From an uncultured Pirellulales bacterium (GTDB lineage Bacteria; Planctomycetota; Planctomycetia; Pirellulales; S012-138), in assembly GCA_964445985.1 (NCBI GenBank), contig CAYUMU010000009.1, positions 27,954-91,953 of the forward strand: a DNA stretch of 64,000 bases. The letters run 5' to 3'. This document shows, one piece after another, positions 61,154-64,000 of the stretch. Numbering within the stretch: the first letter of the stretch is position 1; each line of letters opens with the position of its first letter. The notes under the pieces were generated by a model that had not been told where the DNA came from, made no database searches, and worked only from the letters and a program-made list of their open reading frames with translations. The position numbers and the translations under genes are program-made.

Positions 61154-63667
61154 ATGTGGTTGCTGGCCCAAGCATCGGAGCAAGGAACCCGCACCTTCGA
61201 ATTCGGTCGAATGGTGGGCGTGGATCCCTTTTCGCTCCAATCCGTGCTGCTCGCGGTGGTCGCCGTCGCCGTGATCGCCCTGGTGATCTTCTTCTACATT
61301 CGCGACTGCGTGGAGATCGGCGGCATTATGGCCGCGCTGCTCATCACGTTGCGGTTGGGCGCTTTTGCTGGCTTGCTCTGGATCTGGCTGCAACCCCAGT
61401 GGCGTGTCGAGAAAGAAACCATTATCCCCTCCCGCGTGCAGGTGCTCGTCGATACCAGCCAAAGCATGCTCACCAGCGACGAAGGCGGCAGCCCTGGCCA
61501 AAGCGCCGGAGTTGGCGGCCGCCCCCGCATCAACGTGGTGATCGACGCCCTGCAGAAAGGCCCGTTGCTCCAAAAGCTGCAACAATCGCACGATGTGTTC
61601 GTTATCGCTTTCGATGGCAAAACCAATACGGTGGCCAGCCTGTTCAAGCTCAACCCCGAAGGGAAAGCGGCAGCCACCCATTCCGACGAGCCGGCCGCCG
61701 CTCCGCCCGATTGGGCCGCCTTGCTCACCGCCAAGGGCTCCAGCACGCTGGTGGGCGAATCGCTCAACTCGGTGCTGAACGAGGTTCGCGGCGATGCGCC
61801 GCTGGCCGGCATTGTGGTCTTTTCCGACGGCGGCGACACCAGCACCTCGGCCGCGGAAGCGGCCGCCGGAACGGGCATCGACGCGGCCATCAAAAACGCC
61901 AAGGACAAGCGGGTGCCGATCTACACCGTGGGTCTGGGCACGGTGCAGCAAGATATGGATCTTCGTATCTACACCTTCGAGGTTCCTCGCCGCACCTATG
62001 CGGGCGATGCCTACGAAGTGAAGGGCCTGTTGGTCGCCTCCGGCCTGCCTGGCCAGGCTTCCACCGATCCCGAAAGCCGCCCCGAAGTAACCGTGGAACT
62101 GCGGGCACTGGAGAATGAAAACGAAGATCGCGAAGGCGCGTTGATCGATTCAACGACCGTGATCCTCGGCCCCAGCGGCGAGCAAGTCCCCTTCAGCTTC
62201 AAGCTCGACGCCGAAGCCGTCGGCCGCCGGGTGCTGCAAGTTCGCGCGCTCCCCCCCGATCCCCGCGTGCAACGCACGGTGGACATGGAAGCCAAAGACA
62301 TTGTTGAAATCATCGACCCCAAAACGCGCGTGCTGCTGTTCGCCGGCGGACCTTCGCGTGAATACCACTTCCTGCGCAACCAGCTCAGCCGCGACTCCGG
62401 CATGATCTCCGACGTGCTCTTGCAAACGGCCCAGCAGGGCATCTCCCAAGAGGCCAACGAAATTCTGTTCGACTTTCCCAGCGATAAGGAAACGCTCTAC
62501 AAATACGACTGCATCGTGGCCTTTGACCCCGACTGGCGCGAACTCGACGAAAACCAGATTCGCTTACTGGAAAAGTGGGTCGCCGAAGAAGGCGGTGGGC
62601 TGATTGTCATTGCCGGACCCGTGAGCACCGACGAATGGGTGCACGATCGCAAGAGCGAAGACCTGCTGCGCAAGATCAAAGCCTTGTACCCCGTGGATTT
62701 CAAGCAGCACTTCGCCATTCTTGACGACAGCAAGTACGACAACGCCAAACCCCGCCGGCTGCGATTCACTCCCTATGGAGAAGACGCCCAGTACCTGTGG
62801 CTGAGCGACGATCGCATCGATAGCTCGCGCAACTGGGACGAATTCGAGGGCGTGTTTGGCTATTACGGCGTGCAAGGCGCGAAGCCCGTGGCTCAAATTC
62901 TGGCTCGGCTCGAAGATCCCGATGCCCTCAATCCGGCCGAGGCGCCGGTGTTCTTGGTTTCCCAGTTTTACGGCTCGGGCCGGGTGCTCTATATGGGCAG
63001 CGGAGAGTTCTGGCGTCTGCGATCCCAGGACGAAGGCTTCTTTGAAGTGCTCTATACCAAAGTGCTGCGGCACGTTTCGCAAAGCCGGCTGCTGCGCGGC
63101 AGCAACCGCGGACGGCTGCTGGTGGACAATAAGCAGGTTGGGCTGGGCGAAACGGTCCCCATTCGCGTTCAACTCAAAGATTCGCAATTGGATCCGCTCG
63201 TGGCCGACTCGGTCGAGCTGGAATACTTTACCCCCGATGGCATCCGCCACACCACGCCGCTGACTGCCATTAAAGAACAGCCCGGCATCTTCGGCGGCCA
63301 GTTCGGCGCGTACCAGGCGGGCGTGTACCGCATCAGCGTGGCCATCCCTGGCAGCGACGAAACGCTGAGCGACGCCATCAAGGCTTCGCTCCCCGACCTC
63401 GAAAACAAGCACAAACAGCGAAACGACTCCCTGCTCAGTCGCCTGGCCGAAGGCACCGGCGGCCGCTACTACGTAGGCGTGCCGGCGGCCATCTCCGAAT
63501 CCGACGCCAAGAGCCTGGTGGCAGTGGCCACCCTGCCCGACCGCAGTCGCATCAAGCCCGAACGCGACGAGCCCGAGTCCCTGTGGGACAATCAATGGAC
63601 CCTGTTCATTATTTGTGGTCTGTTGTGCATGGAATGGCTGATTCGCCGCCTGGCCAAGCTGGCGTAG
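61154..63667 (+). CDS. Membrane vWA-domain protein with GATase1-like middle domain (Bat-operon family)
   Basis: N-terminal TM helices, VLVDTSQSM MIDAS motif, VLLFAGGPSREYHFLRNQL..GGGLIVIAGP, C-terminal TM helix WTLFIICGLLCMEWLI. Confidence 0.85.
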   Translation: MWLLAQASEQGTRTFEFGRMVGVDPFSLQSVLLAVVAVAVIALVIFFYIRDCVEIGGIMAALLITLRLGAFAGLLWIWLQPQWRVEKETIIPSRVQVLVDTSQSMLTSDEGGSPGQSAGVGGRPRINVVIDALQKGPLLQKLQQSHDVFVIAFDGKTNTVASLFKLNPEGKAAATHSDEPAAAPPDWAALLTAKGSSTLVGESLNSVLNEVRGDAPLAGIVVFSDGGDTSTSAAEAAAGTGIDAAIKNAKDKRVPIYTVGLGTVQQDMDLRIYTFEVPRRTYAGDAYEVKGLLVASGLPGQASTDPESRPEVTVELRALENENEDREGALIDSTTVILGPSGEQVPFSFKLDAEAVGRRVLQVRALPPDPRVQRTVDMEAKDIVEIIDPKTRVLLFAGGPSREYHFLRNQLSRDSGMISDVLLQTAQQGISQEANEILFDFPSDKETLYKYDCIVAFDPDWRELDENQIRLLEKWVAEEGGGLIVIAGPVSTDEWVHDRKSEDLLRKIKALYPVDFKQHFAILDDSKYDNAKPRRLRFTPYGEDAQYLWLSDDRIDSSRNWDEFEGVFGYYGVQGAKPVAQILARLEDPDALNPAEAPVFLVSQFYGSGRVLYMGSGEFWRLRSQDEGFFEVLYTKVLRHVSQSRLLRGSNRGRLLVDNKQVGLGETVPIRVQLKDSQLDPLVADSVELEYFTPDGIRHTTPLTAIKEQPGIFGGQFGAYQAGVYRISVAIPGSDETLSDAIKASLPDLENKHKQRNDSLLSRLAEGTGGRYYVGVPAAISESDAKSLVAVATLPDRSRIKPERDEPESLWDNQWTLFIICGLLCMEWLIRRLAKLA

Positions 63668-63739
63668 TTTTTTCGGAACTTAAGGTATCAAGAGTCAGCA
63701 TCGATCACCCCTTCTGGTCTAACCAGCGAACATTCACCG

Positions 63740-64000
63740 ATGAGCGCAACTACCGAGCGACCTGTCTCCTCACCCAGCCAGTTGTCGCCCACCATCACCT
63801 CCAAGCTGGCCTCACTGCGACGGCGAATTCGCCGCTACGTGGGTCTCGATGGTTTGGCTTGGGCCGTGGCCTGGCTAGGGCTGGTGTTTTGGGTCACGCT
63901 GGCGATTGACTATCTCCCGGTCAAGCTGGGCTACGATGAATCGAACCTGGCCGTCCGGGTGGTGCTGCTGATCATCGCCTCCGCGGGCTTGTTGTGGTTG
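63740..64000 (+). CDS. Membrane protein, next gene of the Bat-like operon; 3' end cut by the window edge
   Basis: My translation from ATG 63740 is MSATTERPVSSPSQLSPTITSKLASLRRRIRRYVGLDGLAWAVAWLGLVFWVTLAIDYLPV.., open to the window end. Not in the ORF track. Confidence 0.6.
   Translation, partial: MSATTERPVSSPSQLSPTITSKLASLRRRIRRYVGLDGLAWAVAWLGLVFWVTLAIDYLPVKLGYDESNLAVRVVLLIIASAGLLWL

Overview
High-GC segment (about 60% by eye, not computed). The gene content looks like a Planctomycetota (Pirellulales-type) chromosome. This is inferred from a DUF1559 prepilin-leader protein, a giant Ser/Thr kinase with FGE-sulfatase, LamG and beta-propeller domains, a BBP7-like outer membrane protein, and a MoxR-DUF58-BatA operon. 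Most of the window is housekeeping or ordinary accessory genes: a dihydroorotase-like gene, csbD, hemP, a 2-oxoacid dehydrogenase E1a/E1b/E2 operon, asd, cobB, pheT, purU, yceH, a lipoate ligase-like gene and tRNA-Asp. The unusual part is 44.1-53.9 kb. There a 9.7-kb integrative element with a large serine recombinase has inserted between codons 42 and 43 of a yjbQ (UPF0047) gene. Both gene halves, a 9-bp flanking direct repeat and imperfect terminal inverted repeats are readable. The element carries a terminase small/large pair but no structural phage genes, two more serine-recombinase-like genes, and its own intact but diverged yjbQ. It also holds a visibly lower-GC cargo cassette: a Ras-like P-loop GTPase, a tightly coupled small helical protein, and a convergent membrane/zinc-ribbon protein. 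That cassette is my best candidate for an undescribed conflict or defence-type module. Other points worth a second look: a dispersed heptanucleotide repeat family (TNGCTGG) in intergenic regions; a dihydroorotase-like protein lacking the canonical metal ligands; Fur-box-like palindromes near hemP; a secreted His-rich protein; and a frameshifted orphan DUF5615 toxin. All domain calls come from motif recognition by eye, and all coordinates from manual counting. No searches were run. Many long ORFs in the supplied track are antisense shadows of real genes and were discarded. Several long ORFs were trimmed to internal starts.
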